Shown here piece after piece: positions 46,963-54,071 of a DNA stretch of 64,000 bases. The DNA lies in the IMG/VR virus record IMGVR_UViG_3300028840_002420, positions 1 to 64,000 of that record; one strand, written 5' to 3'. Position 1 is the stretch's first letter; the number at the start of each line of letters is the position of its first letter. Under the pieces are notes generated by a model. The model was not told the DNA's origin, made no database searches, and saw nothing but the letters and a program-made list of their open reading frames with translations. The DNA is from a virus. The position numbers and the translations under genes were made by a program.

Positions 46963-47256
46963 CGGTCCCCAGGCTGTCCCCAGCTGTGGATAGAATGGCG
47001 GTACGCAGCAAGCTATACGCGCCTATACGCGGTCTATCTGCGGCTGGTTGTCACGTCTTTGGGTGTGCCGCTGCGGCTACACTCGAACGCCCGTGATTTT
47101 GGGGTGTTCGGCGCGCGTGACAGGGCCGCTGCGGTTTGGGTGTCACGGTTCCGCGTATAGAGAGTAGGAGCACGCTGCGGGTGCGGCTACCGAGGCAATC
47201 CCAAGGTAGGCCACAAACCATGCCCCAGATGGCCGCTGGAGTGGCGTGCTCCGCTA

Positions 47257-47285
47257 TTGACATCCGAGGTCAATCCGATCATGGT
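47257..47285 (+). promoter_or_regulatory. Candidate promoter for leader peptide and tRNA operon
   Basis: Perfect TTGACA at 47257-47262, 17 nt, then a weak -10 CATGGT; +1 would fall near ATG 47293. Confidence 0.4.
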
Positions 47286-47292
47286 GGTGGGC

Positions 47293-47334
47293 ATGAGATC
47301 GCGAATTCGACGACTCTTGTATCTCCTGCGCTAG
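47293..47334 (+). CDS. Candidate leader peptide MRSRIRRLLYLLR
   Basis: ATG AGA TCG CGA ATT CGA CGA CTC TTG TAT CTC CTG CGC TAG; a hairpin at 47331-47355 follows; tRNAs start 37 nt after the stop. Confidence 0.45.
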   Translation: MRSRIRRLLYLLR

Positions 47335-47371
47335 CTGCCCGGTCGGGGCGGCCAGAATCCATGTACAATTT

Positions 47372-47445
47372 GCTGCGGTAGGCTAATTGGCAAAGCCAAC
47401 AGGTTTAGGCCCTGTGTACTGAGGGTTCGAGTCCCTCCCGCAGTA
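47372..47445 (+). tRNA. tRNA-Leu(TAG), short variable loop
   Basis: Acceptor GCTGCGG/CCGCAGT+A; anticodon arm ACAGG-TTTAGGC-CCTGT; T arm GAGGG-TTCGAGT-CCCTC. Confidence 0.85.
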
Positions 47446-47447
47446 AA

Positions 47448-47532
47448 GGGAGTGTGCGCGAATGGCTAAGCGTCCCGACTGTAAATCGGTGGACGGCTCA
47501 GATCCGTGGAGGTTCGAATCCTTCCGCTCCCA
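47448..47532 (+). tRNA. tRNA-Tyr(GTA)
   Basis: Acceptor GGGAGTG/CGCTCCC+A; loop CTGTAAA; long variable arm; T arm GGAGG-TTCGAAT-CCTTC. Confidence 0.9.
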
Positions 47533-47534
47533 AA

Positions 47535-47609
47535 GGCTGGGTAGCCCAACTGGAAGATGGCTACGGCTTCAAACGCCGTGAGATGAGGGTTCGAATCCCT
47601 CCCCAGCTA
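47535..47609 (+). tRNA. tRNA-Leu(CAA), short variable loop
   Basis: Acceptor GGCTGGG/CCCAGCT+A; ACGGC-TTCAAAC-GCCGT; GAGGG-TTCGAAT-CCCTC. Confidence 0.8.
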
Positions 47610-47682
47610 GAGCCCGTAGGCTAACAGGAAACGCCGGCCGGCTTAAACCCGGTGGTTCTGGGTTCGACTCCCAGCGGGCTTA
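47610..47682 (+). tRNA. tRNA-Leu(TAA), short variable loop
   Basis: Acceptor GAGCCCG/CGGGCTT+A; GCCGG-CTTAAAC-CCGGT; CTGGG-TTCGACT-CCCAG. Confidence 0.85.
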
Positions 47683-48258
47683 TCCAGTGAAGGTGGCGAA
47701 GTCCGTATCGACAGTCACGCCAAGGATCGGCCGCTTGCCGTTGTCCTGAGCTTCGTCGACCGTGGTATCGCCGGTGCGGTCCAGCGTGCACTCGCCGATT
47801 TTGATCCATTCGTTGCCGGCGCCGACGGCCGTCTGGATCTCGGTATCGGTCGGGGCGACTTCGCTGCCGGTGAGCGCGGGGGTGCCTTTTACGATGACCT
47901 GGGACACAGTGCCGGCGACGTTTTTCAGCACGATGGCAGCTTTGCAGCTGTTGCCGTCCGCAAGGCCTGTGAGGAATGATCCGCTGTGGATCGCCACATC
48001 GGCTTGAGCTGCGGATTCGAACGCGACCCCATTGACGATGGCGGCGAGCGCTTCGATGTCCACATTCCACGTGGTGTTACCCGTACCGGTGAGCTGGCTG
48101 CTGCCCGTGGTCGGGTCTTTGAGAAGCCCCCCAGCTAGGATCTTGTTGGCCTCGTGGGTTTTGATCTGGTTGAAGTACTTCGCGACGGCGTGAGTCTGGT
48201 GAGCGAGATCGCTCGGGTCCAGATCGACATCGGTCGGGGTTGCGCTTCGTCCGCTCAT
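47680..48258 (-). CDS. Hypothetical protein with virion-protein-like composition
   Basis: GGAGG RBS on the minus strand; T/G/A/D-rich 192 aa; GC3-biased codons. Confidence 0.7.
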   Translation of the reverse strand: MSGRSATPTDVDLDPSDLAHQTHAVAKYFNQIKTHEANKILAGGLLKDPTTGSSQLTGTGNTTWNVDIEALAAIVNGVAFESAAQADVAIHSGSFLTGLADGNSCKAAIVLKNVAGTVSQVIVKGTPALTGSEVAPTDTEIQTAVGAGNEWIKIGECTLDRTGDTTVDEAQDNGKRPILGVTVDTDFATFTG

Positions 48259-48308
48259 TAGAATCCTCCGTGTGTTGGAATGCGAGCAGAAAGGTACTAG
48301 GCGTGGAC

Positions 48309-48335
48309 CTTGACTGTCCAGCTTTGCCGGTCAAG
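48309..48335. promoter_or_regulatory. Inverted repeat of TTGAC between divergent genes (operator or overlapping -35 boxes)
   Basis: CTTGAC...GTCAAG between 48258(-) and 48344(+). Confidence 0.4.
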
Positions 48336-48343
48336 ATGGCTGA

Positions 48344-48595
48344 ATGCAGATCGAACAGCAGATGACAGAGACGGTGAATTGGCGGAGCTTGCTCGCGAAA
48401 GCAAAGGCCGTTCAGGCTCGATACGAGGGCGGATTGTCAATGAGCGCGGCGATGATGGCGTTGCAGCGGGGGGATATCGTGGGCCACGCGTTGAACCTTC
48501 ACGCGAGCTTGCTGCACTATCAGGCGGCGGCGAAGTTCGAGGAGTGTGCTGCGGTACCCAGTGCCCGGAGCCGGCCGGCCGAAACAGCGAGCTGA
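48344..48595 (+). CDS. Hypothetical protein
   Basis: 83-aa helical ORF filling the gap. Confidence 0.4.
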   Translation: MQIEQQMTETVNWRSLLAKAKAVQARYEGGLSMSAAMMALQRGDIVGHALNLHASLLHYQAAAKFEECAAVPSARSRPAETAS

Positions 48596-48661
48596 ACGCC
48601 TATCAAGCCGGCCAGTCTCCGAGCCGCGATCAGCTACCCGCCCTGGGCACGCGGGTCCTTT

Positions 48662-48901
48662 CTATCCTCCGTCTCCGGAGTCGATTGCGGAATCATCATC
48701 GGTTGCGGAATCGGGACTACTGTCCGCACTTGCGGAATCCCCAGTAGCGGTGTCCGCACTGGTGTCGGCAGACGCTTCGGGTCCTGCTTCAACGGCTGTG
48801 GTTTCGGCGGCAGCATCTGCGGGTCCTTCGGGATCGTCTGTCGGACATGCTGACAGCCCGAAGGCACAAAGCAACAGCAGAACGGTCAGATAGAAGCGCA
48901 T
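48662..48901 (-). CDS. Small acidic lipoprotein
   Basis: MRFYLTVLLLLCAFGLSA-C lipobox; D/S/A-rich tail; AGGAG/AAGG upstream. Confidence 0.65.
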   Translation of the reverse strand: MRFYLTVLLLLCAFGLSACPTDDPEGPADAAAETTAVEAGPEASADTSADTATGDSASADSSPDSATDDDSAIDSGDGG

Positions 48902-48929
48902 CCTTGACTCCTATTGGCAGCCAGGCGAT

Positions 48930-48968
48930 AAGAAAAAGCCCCAGCACCGGGCTGAATCGATGCTGGGG
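48930..48968 (-). terminator. Intrinsic terminator on the minus strand
   Basis: Minus strand reads CCCCAGCATCG-loop-CGGTGCTGGGG-CTTTTTCTT. Confidence 0.7.
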
Positions 48969-49007
48969 TGAGGAAGGCGTTCCCATCGGCGGAAAGGAAG
49001 CAACCTG

Positions 49008-49583
49008 ATGAGCCAATCTGACAGTTCTCGCTCTCCAAAGTCAACCCCCGTCATCCAATACTCTGCCGAAGTTCAGAAAGTCATTGATCTTACAGTCGAG
49101 CGGAATCAGCGCCGAGCTGCGGAAAAGGCGGAACGTCGGCGGAAATGGGGGCGGCGCCAATCCTATCCGCACATGGCTTTCCAGGAGTGGAAGCGGCAGT
49201 TTGACGGCCTCCACTTGATCGACATTCTGGCGAGGCTGGGCAATCAACAGCCAAGTGATGACCCGTACAACTTCAAAACGGGGGGTGTCGGGCTGACCGT
49301 CAGGGAGCATCGGGTGATGCTGGCGGCGATCTCGTGGCACATGCGTCCGCAAGCGGGAAGGGGGGCACTCAATTCCGCAAAGCTGGCCCGAAAGACCGCG
49401 ATCTCTCCAAAGAAGATTCCGCAAGTCGTCAATGCGCTGGGCGAAGCCGGGCTGATCGTCAACCTAGCCGGTGATTCGGCGCCGAATTTGGCCCCCAATC
49501 CGATCTTGGGTTTTTGGGATCTTCGGAAATTAAAGGAGCTGCGGAAGGTCCGAACGGGCGCCGGGTCGCTGTGGAAACCATAG
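49008..49583 (+). CDS. Winged-HTH protein, putative replication initiator
   Basis: LT.RE..V...I...LNSAKLARKTAISPKKI..VVNAL.EAGLI; followed by a repeat-rich non-coding region. Confidence 0.55.
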   Translation: MSQSDSSRSPKSTPVIQYSAEVQKVIDLTVERNQRRAAEKAERRRKWGRRQSYPHMAFQEWKRQFDGLHLIDILARLGNQQPSDDPYNFKTGGVGLTVREHRVMLAAISWHMRPQAGRGALNSAKLARKTAISPKKIPQVVNALGEAGLIVNLAGDSAPNLAPNPILGFWDLRKLKELRKVRTGAGSLWKP

Positions 49584-49729
49584 CCACCCACGGCGGTGGG
49601 TATGAAGCCACCCACGGCGGTGGCTCTAGGAGGTAGGAGTATGTGAAAACACATACTTACAGTTACCTTGTTTATACGGAGCGAAGCTCCGGGGATTCCG
49701 CAAATGAAATACCGATCGATTCCGCAAAT
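49582..49729. repeat. Origin-like region: two pairs of direct repeats with 24-bp period, hairpins and an AT-rich tract
   Basis: AGCCACCCACGGCGGTGG at 49582 and 49606; GATTCCGCAAAT at 49694 and 49718; AGTATGTG-AAAA-CACATACT; CGGAGC-GAA-GCTCCG. Confidence 0.65.
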
Positions 49730-49857
49730 CTGCCTGCTACAGATCGGCTGGTCAGAGCATAGTAGAGAAGGAAGCGGCTGCATCTGTTGACCAGGCTTCG
49801 CCTGGTCCAGATGCGGGCACTTGTTCGATAGAGAACAACCAAAAAAGGAGACTCAAC

Positions 49858-50358
49858 GTGGAGACACCGAAGGACGCTCACAAGTACCTGGTCACCTACC
49901 AGCTCAAGCACCACCCGAACGGGATCGAGGCTCAGGACGTTCCAGCGATGCACGGGGCCAGTGACGCGTTGATCGTGATTAGCCAGCTCTATCTGGAGGA
50001 CGGATCCTATTCCCAGTGCACCAGCGGACTGGATGGCCGCACGGGCGGCGACATCGAGCCGGGAGAGATGTGGAAGGCGTGGATGATACTCGCGCGGAGT
50101 TTGGCGGTAGAGCATCCCAATCTGTCTCCAGGGCAGCGGCTCAGTGCGTGGACCGCGTTCAGCCTGGCTTCCCAGATGGTACACGGTAAGCAGCCGGAGC
50201 CGCCGCCAGACCTGCAGGCGCTTTTGGGGAAGCTGGACGGCCTGGTCGGCTACCAGCGGAATCCGGATGGACCGCAGGTCCAGGATACGCCGGTACCGGA
50301 AGCTCCAAAGCAAGGTCTGCGAGTGGTGGCAGATCCGACAGAGGATGGAGAGAGCTGA
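49858..50358 (+). CDS. Hypothetical protein
   Basis: AAGGAG RBS, GTG start. Confidence 0.65.
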   Translation: METPKDAHKYLVTYQLKHHPNGIEAQDVPAMHGASDALIVISQLYLEDGSYSQCTSGLDGRTGGDIEPGEMWKAWMILARSLAVEHPNLSPGQRLSAWTAFSLASQMVHGKQPEPPPDLQALLGKLDGLVGYQRNPDGPQVQDTPVPEAPKQGLRVVADPTEDGES

Positions 50359-50873
50359 TGCGCGATAACTGCGATCTTTGCGGAAAGGTGATTTCGACCA
50401 CGGCCGATCCGAACAACGTCGAAGGTTGGTTCGTCAGCCTGGAGCACGCCGAGCAGCTCGAAAGCGAGATCGCGCAGGGCCTGGATTATCCGCGCGGCTG
50501 GCTCAAGGAACGCTGCATGCAGTTGATCGTGTGCGCGGACTGTCAGGTTGAAAAGCCGAAGGCTGCACCACACGCGGTCCGATTGAACGTGGAAGGGACG
50601 CCGTTGTGCGTGATCGGTCCGGGAGCAGATGAGGCGGTTCAGGTGATGGCGGCCAGAAAGGCGTTCGTCGATCAGTACGCCGAGCGCAGAGGCTGGGATA
50701 TGTCCGCGGGTCCGACGATGGAGCAGATCGCGGAAATCCGACAGCAGCCCGAGTGGCAGCAGATTGGTTCGACTCCGATGGCTCAGATTGATCCGAACGA
50801 GCAGATCGATCCAGCGGCCGGTGAGCAGGGAGCGCCAAGCGGAATTGCTCAGCCGGGGGATGAGGACTATTGA
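50358..50873 (+). CDS. Hypothetical zinc-binding protein
   Basis: CDLC...CADC; TGATG overlap. Confidence 0.6.
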   Translation: MRDNCDLCGKVISTTADPNNVEGWFVSLEHAEQLESEIAQGLDYPRGWLKERCMQLIVCADCQVEKPKAAPHAVRLNVEGTPLCVIGPGADEAVQVMAARKAFVDQYAERRGWDMSAGPTMEQIAEIRQQPEWQQIGSTPMAQIDPNEQIDPAAGEQGAPSGIAQPGDEDY

Positions 50874-51181
50874 GCACGACAGAAGAACAGATCGCTAAAT
50901 GGGCTGAGACGTATCGAGAGCGCGGCTGGCCGGTACCTTGTGCGGGCGAGGGCGATGCGGAGGGCTGTGATCGTTGTTGGTGCGCTGGAGGCGGAGACGC
51001 CGGGCCGTACTGTGCTGGAGGAGAGTACAAAATCCTTCGAGCGCAGTGGGTGATCGAGCATGGGCGTGAGTGGCTGTCGTGGTGCGGGTTATGGCTCTAT
51101 GGCCCGTTCCCGCCAGACTATCGCCAAAGGTGCATTGTTCGACACGATGCCTGGCAGCTGAAGATCCGAGGTAAAGCCTGA
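50870..51181 (+). CDS. Hypothetical Cys/Trp-rich protein
   Basis: Overlaps both neighbours. Confidence 0.5.
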   Translation: MSTTEEQIAKWAETYRERGWPVPCAGEGDAEGCDRCWCAGGGDAGPYCAGGEYKILRAQWVIEHGREWLSWCGLWLYGPFPPDYRQRCIVRHDAWQLKIRGKA

Positions 51182-52659
51182 TGGGCCGGAAGGCTCAGAT
51201 ACATATCAACAACGCGCGCAGCCGCCTCGAGAACGTGCGTCCGGAGATCTTCAAGCTGCTGCGTCACGAGCTGTCATTTATGACGGGAGAGCCGGGCTGG
51301 CGGCGCCACATGCAGGCTGACGGCTCCGTCAAGACGCATTGGTGGGACGGCTATCGCCGGCTGCTGCAGAAGAACGGATCGTTTCCGAGCGGGCTGCTGC
51401 CGCGGTTGTCGCGGCTGATGCACAAGTGGTCGGTGGGCTACGAGGTTAACGATCATCGCCGAAGGCCTCCTGAGAATGTTCCGCTGTGGCGGTTCCGCGA
51501 TGATTTCGAGCTGCGGGATTACCAGATTGCGGACTGTGACGCGGCCGAGCGTTGGACCAGGGGTGTTATCGACTCGCCTCCCAGGACGGGCAAGACGGTG
51601 ATGATCGCCGAGCTGCTGCGTCGGATCAGCTCGTCACGGGCGGTCGTGACAGCTCCGACCAGGCCGATTGCAGAGCAGACCTATGAAAAGCTGCTCGAGC
51701 TGTTTTGCGATTGGGCCGGGATGCTGCCAGATCTCCACGGAGACTTCTTTTTGCTGGTTGGTGGGGCTCCAAAGAGCGCCAAAGCAAATCGGGCGCTCGA
51801 TCGAGCTCGAGTGGTTGTAGCGACGGCCGATAGCGCCGTGGGGATGCCAGATGCGTTCTGGGAGAAGACCGAGGCGCTGATTGTCGACGAGCGTCATCAT
51901 CAGGCGGCCAAGACCTACCACAAGCTGTCCGACAAGGCGGTCAACGCGTACTGGCGTTGGGGATTCACTGGGACCAACTACCGGAGCAAAGGCGGAGAGC
52001 AGATAGCGTTGGAGGCATGCTTGGGCCGGACGGTCGCCAGCCACAGTATCCAGGAGATGACTGAGCGTGGTGTGTTGGTGCCGGCAGAGGTGGAGTTTTG
52101 GCCGGTCGACTACGATGGACTGCGGACGGTCAAGTACCAGCGGGCTTATCCCAAGGGCGTGGTGCAGAGTGAAGTCCGCAACGAGCTGGTCGCGCTGGCT
52201 GCGTCCAATCTGCTCAACGAGGGGCGTAAGGTACTGGTGTTGGTCTATCGGCTCGAGCACGGCGAGCGACTTTCGCAGATGATCGCGGGCAGCCAGTTTG
52301 TCAAAGGCGAAGACGGCGACGAAGTGCGCCGGGCGGTGGCCAAGCTCGATTCGGGAAAGCTGCGGTGTTTGATCGGGTCACCGGTAGTCGGCGAAGGTCT
52401 GGATTGTCCGAGCGCCGACGGCCTGGTCTACGCCAAGGGCAACCAGGCTAAGGTGACGCACGTGCAGGACGTGTTTCGCGTGATGACGGGTCATCCAGGC
52501 AAGGTCAATGCAAAAATTATTGACTTCGCGGATCGGCACAACGCGAGCCTGATCGAGCATAGTGTCGCGAGGATGCAGCATTACCAAGATATGGGCATGA
52601 AGATCAGCGTTGTCCCGAAAGAGGCCCTTGACACGCGGCAGCTGGATCTGCCAGGGTAG
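51181..52659 (+). CDS. SF2 DEAD/DEAH-like helicase (UvsW-like)
   Basis: LRDYQ, PRTGKT, IVDERHH, GFTGT, VGEGLD.P, Q...R..., IIDF.D. Confidence 0.85.
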   Translation: MGRKAQIHINNARSRLENVRPEIFKLLRHELSFMTGEPGWRRHMQADGSVKTHWWDGYRRLLQKNGSFPSGLLPRLSRLMHKWSVGYEVNDHRRRPPENVPLWRFRDDFELRDYQIADCDAAERWTRGVIDSPPRTGKTVMIAELLRRISSSRAVVTAPTRPIAEQTYEKLLELFCDWAGMLPDLHGDFFLLVGGAPKSAKANRALDRARVVVATADSAVGMPDAFWEKTEALIVDERHHQAAKTYHKLSDKAVNAYWRWGFTGTNYRSKGGEQIALEACLGRTVASHSIQEMTERGVLVPAEVEFWPVDYDGLRTVKYQRAYPKGVVQSEVRNELVALAASNLLNEGRKVLVLVYRLEHGERLSQMIAGSQFVKGEDGDEVRRAVAKLDSGKLRCLIGSPVVGEGLDCPSADGLVYAKGNQAKVTHVQDVFRVMTGHPGKVNAKIIDFADRHNASLIEHSVARMQHYQDMGMKISVVPKEALDTRQLDLPG

Positions 52660-52693
52660 ATATACGGCTTCGGCCGGTAATCCAGGAGGCTCG

Positions 52694-52890
52694 ATGACTG
52701 ATATCGACTGACAACAACGATTGGGCGCAGCAGAGCGATTTGAGGGCGGCCATCGGCATCTTGCAGATGCACCTTCCGGCAGGATGACCATTCCGATGTT
52801 CACGCCCAAGAGTCTCCAACCTCTGCTGATTGCCCTTGTTATGCAACGCAGCTTTCGGTGTTGGCCCGTGCCGGGGCACATGACGCGTGA
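52694..52890 (+). pseudogene. Probable decayed small gene
   Basis: Strong AGGAGG RBS, then MTDID-stop and protein-like fragments in shifting frames. Confidence 0.3.
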
Positions 52891-52918
52891 TAACGGGCCT
52901 TCGTTTCAGGAGTAACGG

Positions 52919-53119
52919 ATGGACGCGATAACGATCACGGTGCCCGTCGAATACGCGCAAAAGTGGGTGCGCGGAGATGCCGATCATGACGTGCTGCAGG
53001 ACGCAATAGAGCGTGCGCTGAAGTGCACAAAGCCGACGCGACAAGATGCGGAAGCAGCTATCAAAGTGCTGCACGCGGCTGGTTGGATCGACGACTGCGG
53101 GTGCATTTCCAAGAAGTGA
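52919..53119 (+). CDS. Hypothetical protein
   Basis: AGGAG RBS, 66 aa. Confidence 0.55.
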   Translation: MDAITITVPVEYAQKWVRGDADHDVLQDAIERALKCTKPTRQDAEAAIKVLHAAGWIDDCGCISKK

Positions 53120-53126
53120 GGACGCG

Positions 53127-53630
53127 ATGTCACCTATCTACAGAACCGGGGCGATCGGCGACAAGCGGAAGCTGATCAAGTTTTTCGCAGCCAAGGAGCA
53201 CCAAAATCTCGTGCTGCGGATCGCTGATGTGCTCGATCTGAGAAATGATCAGCAGGACTGGCTGATCGGTTTGGTCGAGATCGTGAAGTCGGTCCCGCAG
53301 CCACCCGTCCGGAAGGAAGCGACAGGCTGGCGGAAACGCTGGCTGCTGCAGACGTGCCCGAACGGCTATATCGTGCTGCCGTTCGAGGATCTTCTGGGGC
53401 CGATGGACATGAAGGCCGTCATGCGTCTCCAGGAGGTCTGTTACGCCTACTACAACGTCCGGATGGGCAAGGGCGAGCCGAGCCGGGTCGACAAGTGCGA
53501 CAAGTGTGGGGGCAGCAAGCAGGTCGACGGTGCCAAGTGCAAGCAGTGCGACGGCACGGGGATCACGATTACGTTTCTCGAGATGTCCGACGAAGAGCGG
53601 CGGTTGGCGCGGGGCGAGGATGCTGATTAG
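53127..53630 (+). CDS. Hypothetical protein with DnaJ-type zinc finger
   Basis: CDKCGGS...CKQCDGTG; GAGG RBS before ATG 53127. Confidence 0.65.
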   Translation: MSPIYRTGAIGDKRKLIKFFAAKEHQNLVLRIADVLDLRNDQQDWLIGLVEIVKSVPQPPVRKEATGWRKRWLLQTCPNGYIVLPFEDLLGPMDMKAVMRLQEVCYAYYNVRMGKGEPSRVDKCDKCGGSKQVDGAKCKQCDGTGITITFLEMSDEERRLARGEDAD

Positions 53631-53814
53631 CGATAGGCCGCATGGACTTGTCGATGCGTTCTGGCAATTGATCTGCAAGCGGTGCGGATGGTCTCCAGGA
53701 CCACGGACCGCGTGCAAATCGATCTGTGCCGAGTGTCGGGAGCCTTTGACGGTCGTTCACGGGACTGAAGATGAGGTCAAAGGCAGACTCGCAGAGATCA
53801 GAGGTGAAGCATGA
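53620..53814 (+). CDS. Small zinc-ribbon protein
   Basis: CKRCG...CAEC. Confidence 0.5.
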   Translation: MLISDRPHGLVDAFWQLICKRCGWSPGPRTACKSICAECREPLTVVHGTEDEVKGRLAEIRGEA

Positions 53815-54071
53815 GTGGTAAAGCGGGAGCTGCGACGGTGAAGGCTAATCGCGAGCAGAAACACGAGCTGGGCAAAAGCGCCAACGCGTGCGCGAACAAG
53901 TGGTTGGCGATGCACCGAGGTGAGACGGTCGCAGTCAGTTATCGCGGGCGTGAGATCGCGCGGGGAGTGCTTGAGGAGTTCGATCTGTACGCGATGATCA
54001 TCGTGCGCGAAGAAATTGAACATCCCGCGTTGGTGTTCAAGGGTCCGGGTGTGGTTATCGAGCCGGCCTGA
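53811..54071 (+). CDS. Hfq/Sm-like fold protein
   Basis: V.V...G....G.L..FD.Y..I......LVFK matches the Sm1/Sm2 pattern of Hfq. Confidence 0.5.
   Translation: MSGKAGAATVKANREQKHELGKSANACANKWLAMHRGETVAVSYRGREIARGVLEEFDLYAMIIVREEIEHPALVFKGPGVVIEPA

Noticed and set aside
47535-47609. Reading the third tRNA as an opal/Sec (TCA) suppressor, implying recoding
   Set aside because: The perfect ACGGC/GCCGT stem centres CAA in a 7-nt loop, and TGA, TAG and TAA all act as normal stops throughout the window.
47372-47690. tRNA as a prophage att site or host boundary
   Set aside because: Phage genes lie on both sides, and there is no integrase or duplicated tRNA 3' end in the window.
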